Origin: Lingula anatina
Lineage: Eukaryota; Animalia; Brachiopoda
Direction of reading: 5' to 3'
Assembly: GCA_051362555.1 (NCBI GenBank)
Contig: CM120646.1
Location: forward strand, 6,944,001-7,008,000
Length of the DNA stretch: 64,000 bases
The position numbers were made by a program, and so were the translations under genes. A model generated the notes under the pieces. The model made no database searches. It was not told the DNA's origin and saw only the letters and a list, made by a program, of their open reading frames with translations. Below are positions 53,202 to 64,000 of this stretch, one piece after another. Numbering within the stretch: position 1 is the stretch's first letter; the number at the start of each line of letters is the position of its first letter.

Positions 53202-53819
53202 GGGTACTTTTGTAGTATACCCCCCCACCCTGTAACTTCCTGAAACTTTCATTTTTCAAACATTTTTTTACTTTGTCTTTTTCACCTATGTCAAATTAAA
53301 GCTGTTGAAATAAAATGTTTTTGTAATTACCTGTGGTCTTTTTAGGGGCCTATTAGTTTTAATCACGTTTAATCCACCCCATTGAAATACAATGTGAAAA
53401 TTTACCACCCCATTGAAATACAATGTGAAAATTTACAATGTACCTGCAGTCAATAACTTGCCGCGTTTTCGATGGCCTACTCTACCTTATATTTTATGTG
53501 AACATAGGATTGATACATTGTATACTTGGACTTCCTCTGTGAAATTATTATGAGCTACTTGTCCACATAAAATCACCTTAGAGTTAGCCAACGAAAACGC
53601 GGCAAGTTATTGACTGCGGTTGTAAATTGAAGATTCTAACATTGTATTTCAATGAGCTGGATTAAACGTGATTAAAACTAACAAAAAGTCCACAGGTAAT
53701 TACAAAAGCATTTTATTTCAACAGCTTTGACATTGATGAACAAGAAAATGTAAAAAAACTGTTTGAAAAGTGAAAGTTACAGAAAGTTACAGGGTGGGGG
53801 GTATACTACAAAAGTACCC
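53202..53819. mobile_element. Large foldback/palindromic MITE between the divergent Nramp and lectin genes
   Basis: GGGTACTTTTGTAGTATACCCCCCACCCTGTAAC... arms inverted over ~270 bp, flanked by ATGTAT on both sides. Confidence 0.9.
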
Positions 53820-54977
53820 ATGTATGCGCAAACGTAACTTAAGAATTTGCTTTATTATTATTTTTTTTTATTCCCTGAAGTAGGCAGCAAGCAGAACGCA
53901 AGTATACATTGTACCAAATACGTTACCGATAAGTTAACAAATTGCGTGTAGACTGCTGTTGTTGTTTTCCTTGTTTTATTTGTTGTCTGTCGGCGCAACT
54001 ATGTGAGTAGGCATACAGGCGACGTCATACATGCGCGCACGTATGTTTGTACGTCGCACATTTTGTTGCACTTCCATCCAGAGTTTGATATCCCTCGATA
54101 CATACGCTACCCATATTTTTTAATAACGGTCAGTTGCGTACAACTTCCAGTGAGCAAACATTTCTAATTTTTACTGTACTGTAGGCCTACATGCAGTCAC
54201 AATATAGAAACGGGACATAAGAGGAAAGTTTTTTTTTTTTTTTATTTTTTTCAAACTTATAGTGAAAATCATTCACATGACACATGCGTTATGTGTACAG
54301 ATACATACTGTACGTTACCAAGTTGCCTGTGGATTGTTGTTGTTGTTTTCGTTGTTTGTTGTCCGCCGGGGCAAAGTGATTGCTTGCGACATCATGCATG
54401 TGCCCACGTCTGTTTCTACGTAACACATTCTTCTCTGTTACATTTCCATACAGAGATTGATAGGCCTATAGTTCGAGTTCGAGTTCGAGTTGATTCATAG
54501 GCCTACGTACGTTACCTATATTTTTAATAACTCTCGAGCAGCTGCTTAGGCCTAGGTCTTCTAGTGAACCAACACCTAATTTTTACTGTATAGGGGGCCT
54601 ATTGTTGAATTTTGAATCTCGTATGGAGATCCAGTTGTACGTTATTTCTCTTTAAGTCTGAAAATTGTTCTAAATTTTAAATCATGTATTTGATCTCATG
54701 CAGTTACGATAAATTCATAGAATCCACATAAATGAATAAAGTTTAAGTTTAAAACAAATTCAAGACTTGTCTTGTAATGACATAGCCTACGTCAAATGGT
54801 TCAGTGCAACGGGCTCTCTTCCAATGTCGACACGTGAATCTAACGAAGTCACGTTGTGAGAAAAAACATCTGTGATCTCCATCTAGGGCTTATCAGATTA
54901 GGTTATTTAGCCCATCCCCGTTGAATGTTGCGTAGAATTTGGCACACTATACACAGTGCCTAGTCAGTTAAAATAAA

Positions 54978-57534
54978 ATGGGGCTCGGGGCAGCTAGCAG
55001 ATTTGTCCTGGTTTGTGTAAGCATCTCAATAGCGGCAGTGGTGGCGGCGTCAAGTGGCAGCACAGGATGTAGCTTCGACAGCGGTGAATGCCGCTACAAC
55101 GTGTTGTTGTCACATGAACAAGGGAAGTGCTCGAATTCAAGTGACAGCGTGGTCCAGGAGACACGCGACCTTATCTCAAGCCTCACCGCCCATCTACAGA
55201 ACATCTACACGTCTATTGGCAACAAAGGTGAGGTTTTATGTTTTGATATGTTATCCAAAATATGAAATATTATTTGCAAAATGAACGTGTGTCCTCTCGA
55301 AAAACAGGCGTATGCTATAAAACCAGGAATCAACATAAGTACCGGGGTATACTGTAAGAGTTATATACAGTGCATTAAAATCGATTGGTACATTGTTTGT
55401 CAAATGCCAGACTTTGGTTCCAAACCCTTTAAACAAGCACTCTAGAAAACTCATTGTAAAACTATAGGCCTACTTATCTTTCTTTTCATATTTCATCGTA
55501 TTGTTATTATTATTAATATTATTATTATTGTTGTTGTTGTTGTTATTTATTCATTTTTATATTTTGTTATTGCATTTGCGTTCTTTATTTCAGATGCCAG
55601 TAGTGCTGGGTCCGGGTGTTGCAGTGACGTTCTGGGCACCTTGAGCGTTCTGCAATTGAAAGTCGATGAACTGGACAAGCAACAGAGAGAGGTGTTTAGA
55701 AATAAGCTCGACGCTCAGGAACTTCTGATAACCGAGCTGAGAAACCAACAAGCTAACACTGCTAAACTTGTGAAGAATCTGTCTTCCCAACTTGCAATCC
55801 TGCAGGCTCAGTGGCGTAAATGTTTGTCCGCTTCATTGCGTTGCTCCTTAGCGAACGTCGTATCTTTAGTTTGCTTGCTCTGCTGTTCATTTATTGCCAT
55901 CTTTGGTTTTAGTGATAGTTAGATCTGATTGGAAAATAATTTACTATATAAGCCGCCGGTTAATATTTTGTTATATTTCGATCATTTCATCTTCGACACA
56001 GACAAAGGTAAAACTTAAACAGTTGATTTTGTTCATTAATTTGGCGAGCAAAGTAACGTGAAGTCATAACTTTTGCTTTTCAACAATTTATGATTATTTT
56101 AATTGCTTGATTGAGGTACATTTAATGCTTTTCAGAACTTGCTAAATCAACAACCTATACACCTACAACCACCACATCTACGCCAAGCACATCTACCACA
56201 ATTACGCCAAGCACAACTACCACAACTACTCCAAGCACAACTACCACAATGTCAACAACAACAACCAGCACTGCACCACCTACAACTGCTGGATGTCCGG
56301 GTGGATTTGTGCGGAAGGGGGCGTCTTGCTACTACTTCACACAAGCAGATAAAGCTAAATCAAGCCTCTCCTGGCAAGACAGTAGGGCCACATGTCAGAG
56401 AATGGGCGCAGATCTAGTATCGATTGATTCCAGTGATGAATATCAGTTTCTGAAGTCACAGTGTATGAGGGGTAGGTCATAGTGGTGTGTTGAAATTCTG
56501 TTAAAAAAGCAAAGAGATCACTGCACAAGTTTTCAGTCTAATGTAATGTAAGAAAATCAATGTTGTTTTCGTGGTAGAGGTCGGGATATTTGTTATTAAT
56601 GAAAGGTACGGAGAAAAGTAAGCATTTATACGAAAATCCCTCCCCGTCGAAGAGATTACACGTAAAACCTGCATATGATGTTGGCATTCGGTTTGAAATA
56701 TTTTTTCCACTGAAATAAACGTGCAGCAATGCTTAATGAAATTTTATCGCATTCTGTTGTAAACATTTTGAGAATTTAAACGTTATATCTATTTTTATAT
56801 CTATTCGATATTAGTGTCCAGAGTAGTGGGATGGTGGACAGGTGGAAATGACCTTGACACTGAAGGGAGATGGGAATGGATCTCAAACAAAAAGCAATTA
56901 GGATATACAATGTGGTATCCAGGTAAACTTCTGTCCTCTCTCTCTCTCTCATTTTCTCTCTCTCTCTCTCTCCGGTTGTTGTGTGACCAGAAAAAGTTCA
57001 GATTGGGCCTCAAGCTTTAGACAATCGTGTTCCGGTAGGAGATCTTAACTACTACCAAGTGCCAATAAATTTTAATTCATTCATTTCCACTCGTCCCAGT
57101 GTCTTGGTTTGCAAAATGATCAATGTCGTGGGGTTACTTCTACAAAGTAATAAACAAGAGTACAGTTTGAGGTTATACGTACTCGTGCATCAGATGGGTT
57201 CTGAAATAATTAAGAATTTGTGATGCCAGTGCTGATTGCCTCACTGGCTTTACATCACAAGCATTGATTCGATTGATTGCAATCACCCCTTGCTGCTTCA
57301 TTGAACGACGGGCTGAAGCCTGAGTGTGGCACTGTCATAAAATTGTTGGCAGATTTTAAGTCGACCTAATAACACTCCGGTCTTTGGTTGGATCTTTCAG
57401 GTGATCCAGAAGGCAAACGAAACCAAAACTGCCTTGCCCTGTGGAGTGGAAAGTACAGCTACAAGTACATTGATGCAGAATGTGCTGGCTACAGCACCTA
57501 CGTAATGGGTTTTATCTGTGAAGTTAAACCGTAG
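54978..57534 (+). CDS. Secreted C-type lectin-domain protein, 349 aa (signal peptide, Cys-rich N-terminus, coiled coil, Thr-rich stalk, CTLD). Exons 54978-55227, 55594-55815, 56136-56471, 56815-56922, 57401-57534
   Basis: All introns are phase-1 GT-AG and the frame is open. CTLD motifs CPGGF..GASCYYF, SW..SR..C..MGADLVSI, WTGGNDLDTEGRWEW, W.PG..., NC, FICE. Confidence 0.9.
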
Positions 57535-57886
57535 ACTAACATCTGCAATGATATTATGGATCTGTGTTTGAAAAGATGAGCAGTGATTCGCTTCGAATTC
57601 ATAAATAATTTTGTGTATTTGTTACTTGGTTAATCTCTTATCGGATAAAATCGTTAAATGGAGATTTAAATTGTAAGTTTTTTTGTTTTTTTTATTTTCA
57701 AGTACTCCCTTTACTGTAATGGTACAATTTGTGAAAATAAAATATGTTGAAGTGGGCGCAAAAGATCAAAAATATTCCAGCATTTACAAAAACCCCAACC
57801 TTCTGTTTGAGCTGTCCAATGGTCGAAACAGGCATACAGAGGATAACATTATCTATGGTAATTGTTCCCCTGCTTGTAATCTTCTT

Positions 57887-57889
<3 letters not shown>

Positions 57890-57953
<64 letters not shown>
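57890..57953. repeat. (CT)n microsatellite
   Basis: Directly visible. Confidence 0.95.
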
Positions 57954-57956
<3 letters not shown>

Positions 57957-58517
57957 GGTATAGGTAGTAATATTTAAGTTATGTGACAAAAATGAAATTA
58001 CGCATTCCATTATCATGGAATACCTCAAAGCTGATTTAATTGTTCATCAAAGTTCCTCTGTTGTTAAGCCAATCATTTATGTCTGATATCAAAACAATTA
58101 TTCATCTCAAATATCTCAGCCATAAGCCTTTATTTGTGCACAAAAATACGTTTTTGATAGATAAATCACCTAATTATTGTCCTGGTATATGGTTGAAAGC
58201 TTTTAACAAAGGCTGTCAACATTGTTGACAAATTTTGGACTTCTGACTACTCGGTGTTTAAGATTTTGTCATCTAGCTGTTCTTCATCGTCGTCTAAGAT
58301 TTTGCTGTTATCTTCTCTGCTGGTCAATACATCAGGGGCAAATAAATGGAAAAAAGGAATGGTGATCTCCTCGACGTGCATTCAAGCAACTGTAGAGCAG
58401 TTAGGACCAAGACCAAGAAAATGCAGCCAGCTATAATACCTATTTAGGTAATCAGTCTTAAAGCAGATACTATGAAAACATTTCAAACCATGTAAACCAG
58501 GTGGTGCTTCCTAACTT

Positions 58518-58789
58518 CAGTGGTGGATTTAGGGGGCGTGCCAGGGGGTTCCTGCCCCCCCCCCCCCTCCCCCACCTTCGGTTTCTGATTTAAAAAAAAC
58601 GCTCCTGCTGAAATCATAGTTCTTAACCGTACCAAATGGCACCATTTGCTCTTCAAAACACCCATTTTTCCGGGATTCTCGGGCGTGCCCTAAACCCGAC
58701 GTCACGGGGGTGAGGGTCTAGCAACCCGAGACCTGTCAATCCCTAATAAACCGGACCCCCTCCCCTTCAAAATCCTTGGTCCGCCTCTG
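58518..58789. mobile_element. Decayed CAG(T/G)GGCGGAT-type GC-rich MITE
   Basis: cagtggtggatttaggggg ... aatccttggtccgcctctg termini; GC island in an AT-rich context. Confidence 0.55.
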
Positions 58790-59283
58790 GATGAGTTTGT
58801 GCTTCCTTGCAGAACAGAGATGTATATAGCACTGCGCAGTTAATATAAGCATATACTTCTCTGTCCTTAGGCAGTTAAAATATTTACACATGTCGAAGGT
58901 ACCTGCATGATTTTGAATCACATATATATTATAGAAGCAAAAATGTTTTTCTAGAAGATACTAACGTATTACTGGGTGTACTCAAGACATACTATGATGC
59001 GATGCTTCACCAATGATACGGAACCTGCTTGGAACCAACTTACAACCGCTTCCGTACTTGAACATAATGCATTTTTCGTGCGAGGTATTATTATAAGGAA
59101 GATGCATAGGAAAGTCAAAAACAAATAAACCTACAAACGTTTAGCCTATTATTATGATAAGAGAATTGTTGAGTAAAGATTGCATGTCTAATTAGTTGGT
59201 ATGGCTTTAGCATTTAGAAAACAAACGTGTTCGTCTCTGACCTGGCTAACCAACAACAACACCATCTTCTTGAAAGGCGTTAA

Positions 59284-59620
59284 AGGGATAATAACTCTTC
59301 GTATGAGATCTATATTTCACAATAAAAACCTTGTGAATAACTCATAGAAATATAATATATTCTGTTTTACCACAAAAACAGCAGTTATAACTATTATTCT
59401 GATATCTGAACTCGTCTTTAGACCATGTGACCTCCATTGATGTTTATACTCTGTTAAAATCTCTTAAGAGATTTTAACAAAAAACCAAACTTTTTAGAAA
59501 AAAACCAGGGACTATCTTTGAATGTAAAAATGGATTCATTAACTATTGGTAAGTATGGGAAAATTGATGTTTACTCCAGGAAAATTCATTTTTTAGCCAA
59601 AACAAAGAGTTATTATTGCT
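59284..59620. mobile_element. Kolobok-type MITE with TTAA TSD
   Basis: TTAA|AGGGATAATAACTCTT ... AAGAGTTATTATTGCT|TTAA. Confidence 0.8.
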
Positions 59621-60474
59621 TTAAGGTAAGTTACATGTACAAGTACTTCACTAACTAATTTTATGTTTATATGTTGATGTTTAAAATTACTGGGGTAGAT
59701 CGATACACTGTATGACTGGGTCAAATACAACATATCAAATGTGCTAGAAGGTCGTAAGATTTCAAAAAGATAGAATTTTTTTTTAATTTTTGTTTTTCGC
59801 TATCATTATTGTTGGATTGCCAATGTCGCAGCTTCTTCATTCCAAACATGCTGCAAATTATCTAAATAACTCAATTGTGTTCTTTATCATGCCCTAAATC
59901 CCTTTTTCTTATGCATGCCTCTTTTTCACAAGCTAAGACTGAAATAATTAGGAAATGGCGGTGCAACAGTTGAGGGAAATCACCGAATTGAGTTTACAGT
60001 ATGCGGTCTACATGTAAGCAATGAGTTGATTGATTGCAGTCTCCTGATATCGATTGATTGAATAGCAAGAAGCAGACCCAGCTGAGGACGGTTGGAAAAG
60101 CGCAAGTTGAACTATCAGCCCGGCGATTTTTAATTTAGAATGTTGACTTTTAAAAACGAATTTAAAATTAAGATTGTAAATACGTTTGTGTAAAACGATG
60201 GGCAATTATACCCCTGTATGCTTCGTAAATAATCTTATGTATTTATTTATTCAGTTATACACGAGATAAAATGATTCCCGCATTTACAAATGCCACGCAA
60301 GGCCAATCCTTGGTGCGTGTCTGTTCGAAGTAATAGGATTACATTTTCCACTTTTTTTACAAATTAAATCAAAAGTAATATATTCTTGTCTGGTCTGGTG
60401 CACCGCCAACAAAGCCAAACACGGTCTTGGTTTTTGGTGAAAACAGCAAACGAGAATGCCATGATTCACAACCG

Positions 60475-62911
60475 TTATCTTCTACGCTTAATGGTACCAG
60501 TAAATGGCGCCCGAGTTTCTTTAAAAACATGATCAATTCTTGACAATATCTCATCCTTAAACTTCCACAAATACATATCTGGGTCTTCAACAGGCACCAT
60601 CATTTGCCTGTAGAATAGAGTATGCACCGCCGGACCTACACCGGCTCGATAATGGTGCATGTATCCGTCCTCCGGTTGCAAAACGTAAGTTTTAAAACCC
60701 GGCAGTAACAGCGCGTTGTGAATTGTACCTCCCAAGGTCGCATGAGCCATGGAAAACTGCTTTGGTCGACGCCCCGGTCCCCAAAATTTCTTCTCGGGGG
60801 TGATAGCTAAAAGAGTTGAGGGTCGATACTTGTGGATTCTGGGATCGGTGAAGTTGGCTGGGTCCGTTTTCCATTGCAAGTGATAGAATCTGTTTACAAA
60901 CTTGTAACTGCCTATGGTGTAATTTTTGGGTAATTTTTTGAAAAGTTCTTGCCACGTTTTTGCTGAGTGTGGAACTAAGAATTCATCGTAGTCGACCATT
61001 GCAATGTGAGAATAGTTTTGCATTAGGCGGTAGAGGCAGTCGTTTGTCGCTGCTTGTTGGCCCAAGTCTCGGGCCCAGTACAGGTATTCCTTTAACCCAG
61101 ACGTTAGGTTGACCACTCGGAGAACTTCAATGGGCGGTACCCATTGTACCATCGTCAATACCCCATCGTTAATATACTTCTTAAATACTGGCCCCAGTGT
61201 AGTAGCGTTACTCGAGTAGTTGTAGGCAATAAAATAATCAGCCCCAAACATTTTCGTAACCTCCATGAATTCAACCACCCGACCAGTCCCGTCATATTTG
61301 CCATACAAGGGCTTTATACACACTCCAAATGTTGGTTCTTTCTTCGGTTTTATTCTGGAGTCGATTATCTTCAAAGCTCCACGAGGTTGGTTGCATCGAC
61401 CATCCACTACTGATATGGCGTAAGGCATCCTTGTTTCTTTGGTGTCCAAGAGGCAGTTCAGCAAAAGAGGCTTCCACCTAAAATGTTTAACAAAATAATT
61501 TCAAGTAAAATGTGTCGATGTTCTTGTTTCTTTGGAGTCCAAGAACAGTTGGGGGGGGGGGGGGGGGGGGGGAAGGGCTTGTCTTCTCAAACTGTTAGTT
61601 GTACATTACAAAAAGCTGATTATTAAATAGAATTTACGCACAAATGTGATTACTTTTGCAAGGTTGTAAAATTGAATAAGAATCAATATTATTTATGTCT
61701 CCTCCATCCCAGATGACCGCAAGCATTTACTGCCCTATTCATACCAAGAAAACAGGCAACACAGAATTCTGGCTGTTCGTAATGTGTCCAAACAAAGCTT
61801 ATTTTCAGTTTGTAGAGTGTACTTGCTGGCTGTTTTATTTAGTGGACCTGGTTATTGTTTTAAATAATTAACTTTAAGGATGATAAACCATACATTGTTG
61901 AGTTTGTTGCTTGAGCGACAAACGTGATGGAGATCAAATCAGGTGAACGTCACTCGCGACAGTGAAAAGTGAAAAGTGAGAACTCGAAAACAGGTTTATA
62001 GACATCAATTTTCTCGATATTTTTGTTAAGATCATCCTTGGTTTTGAATAGGTTATACTGAGTCATAAAGAGAAAACATTTTGTTTTATATTTCTCAGTC
62101 TAACACGCATTGCATTCTTTCTACTTAAAATTCAAATTAATTTGTAACGGCAAATATGATGCCGTGTCTAACATTTGTTCTGCAAACGTGGCAGTACATG
62201 TACAACTCAAGTATTTAGTGTAATTATGATTGTTCTGATTGTTTTATTTGGACAGCTAGATATTGGGTGACACTGTACTTACTTTTGATCCTGATAGCCA
62301 GTTTCATCAATATCCATACGGTAAGCGCGATTATACACAGTTTTCATGTCGCTAGCTTGAAACCAAACTTGACAAAATTTGGGATAATTTATATAGTCAG
62401 ACGATCCAATGTAAATGGCATTTACTCTCACAATTGGATAGTGCCTAAGAACAGTTCTGTTATCTAGAAAAGCCGAGAAAACTAAGAAGTCTCTGACTCC
62501 CGTGTTCCACCATGTGAAGTTTTCCTTTATATCTGGTGCCACCTTCGGAAGATCAGGACAATCCGATGATATATGATCACCTTTTGTCGTAGATCCCGAT
62601 AATTCGGCTTTAACGCCTTTTGGTGGCGAGAACGAGATATATGTTGGCGGGTCATATGGTGTCGTTTTAGGCAATTCATCATCACTTCTTGAGGAGTGGT
62701 TATCATGGTTATCACCTCTAGGTGACATCTTTCCCACTTCCAAAGTCGTTTGTGCTTCGATGGTTTGACTTGCAGTGTCTAGGTACCGCGACCGAAGGTG
62801 TGGTGATTTTCTAGGCCAAAGCAATCCACTGTTCAGATATGATAAAACGGCAAGAGAACAGAGACCCAGGAGAAGTACTGCGTGGAAAAGCTGCCTGCTG
62901 CTTGGAGCCAT
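60475..62911 (-). CDS. Glycosyltransferase family 92 (DUF23)-like type II membrane protein, 543 aa. Exons 62911-62283 and 61477-60475
   Basis: N-terminal TM anchor, then VFSAFLD.R, FGVCIKPLY, VEFME..K.FGA, Q.AA.NDCLYR and the DxD motif MVDYDEFLVP. A phase-2 GT-AG intron joins the two ORFs. A UTR acceptor lies at 62946-62947. Confidence 0.88.
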
Positions 62912-63170
62912 ATTGAAAACCTCGACTTGATTAATTATTGATTACCTGCATTGAAAGATGTCGGTAGTGTTCTGGAGTGGTGTCTAATAGTTGTTTAGTT
63001 TTTAATTGAATTTTTGATTTGCTTTTCAATATTATATACCACGACTTTTGGGTAGAGTTCAAAGCACCAATCACTCTACACTATAAAGAGAGTTAGATAA
63101 AGAGTATAAGAGTGTAAGATTTTCAGTAGATATATTTATGACACAACAACAACAAGGCAGTACCCACTCC

Positions 63171-64000
63171 TTAAAGGACAATGTTCATGTAAAAATCCAT
63201 TTCTCGAATTTTGAAGATACAGCACTCAATCTATACACTAGAGGTATGTTTTAATCGATCCCCGCCATTTAAAAATTATAAAAACAATCTATTAGTAGAA
63301 AAAAGCGTTTTAGTAAACCTCACCTCAATATGCAAAAATGAAGCAACAGATCTGGGTCACGTGGTACTGTGACGACAATCACGATAAAGGTCTATGAGAC
63401 TCAACTGAGCTGCATGGTGCATACAGACGGAGAAGTTAAGGAAAGTTGTGTTGAACGGAGTTGAGGAATTTTCGTTATGCCTCGGTGTGTTGCCGTGGGA
63501 TTCACCAAAATTGCAGCTCTCGTTGACAATCTTTCTTTGTCTGTGACGGTCTTCCGTGACTTACTTACTAACTTCGGTGACAATAGTTGCGATGCTCTAG
63601 ATCATGGTCACCTCAGGTGGTTTAGATCATATCAAGAGCTGGTAGTCTTTCAGATTAACTGTCATCAGTTGGCAAACTTACTGATTGCTGATGCATTTTA
63701 AATGCATTGTAGTTGACCAAAAGCTCGTTTACAACAAACCTGTTAATTATGCACCGCTGCAATTCCCAAGCCAGGTAATAACAGGTATGAAACTCGTCTT
63801 GGTGGGCTTTCATATTTTTCAATATATCTCATTTATTTCATGGGGTTATTTTATTGGTATTTGTAAATGACGTTAAATATCAATACTTAAACAATTAAGT
63901 TCAAACACGGTCGCGAACATTAATAAAAGAAATTGCTCTCAGGGTATCTTGAAGCTTCCGTGGAAGAAAACGTGTTGAGTAAAAACAGGAAAAAGAACGT
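63171..64000 (+). mobile_element. Possible decayed Kolobok element with a THAP-like start
   Basis: TTAA|AGGACAATG terminus and MPRCVAVG at 63477, resembling a THAP N-terminus (MPxCxAxGC). The other end is not seen in the window. Confidence 0.35.

Noticed and set aside
56139-56417. Gln/Leu-rich repeat ORF
   Set aside because: Alternative frame of the Thr-rich lectin exon; splice phases support the Thr frame

Overview
AT-rich, intron-containing animal genomic DNA, most likely from a marine invertebrate (lophotrochozoan-like; inference from the repeat types). The left 37.6 kb is a tandem triplication of a 3-exon TMEM26-family membrane protein gene. Copies 1 and 3 are intact (~390 and ~367 aa) and copy 2 is a pseudogene. 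This array is riddled with mobile DNA: a Helentron/HINE-like element with a 161-bp satellite array, Kolobok-type TTAA elements, a 3.2-kb TIR element, MITEs, and an internally deleted Ty3/Gypsy retrotransposon. The right part holds four genes: an intronless ankyrin-repeat + death-domain gene with a TATA/GC-box/kB-site promoter (-), a 15-coding-exon Nramp/SLC11 metal transporter (-, 563 aa), a secreted coiled-coil/mucin/C-type lectin gene (+, 349 aa) and a GT92-family glycosyltransferase (-, 543 aa). The most interesting leads are a candidate stand-alone IkB-like feedback gene, tandem copies of the Nramp TM6 exon end with their splice donors, TA-GGCC-TA / TA-CATG-TA insertions that look like transposon footprints, and the element-linked duplication junctions. 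Gene models were built by hand from GT-AG junctions and frame continuity; no database searches were run.
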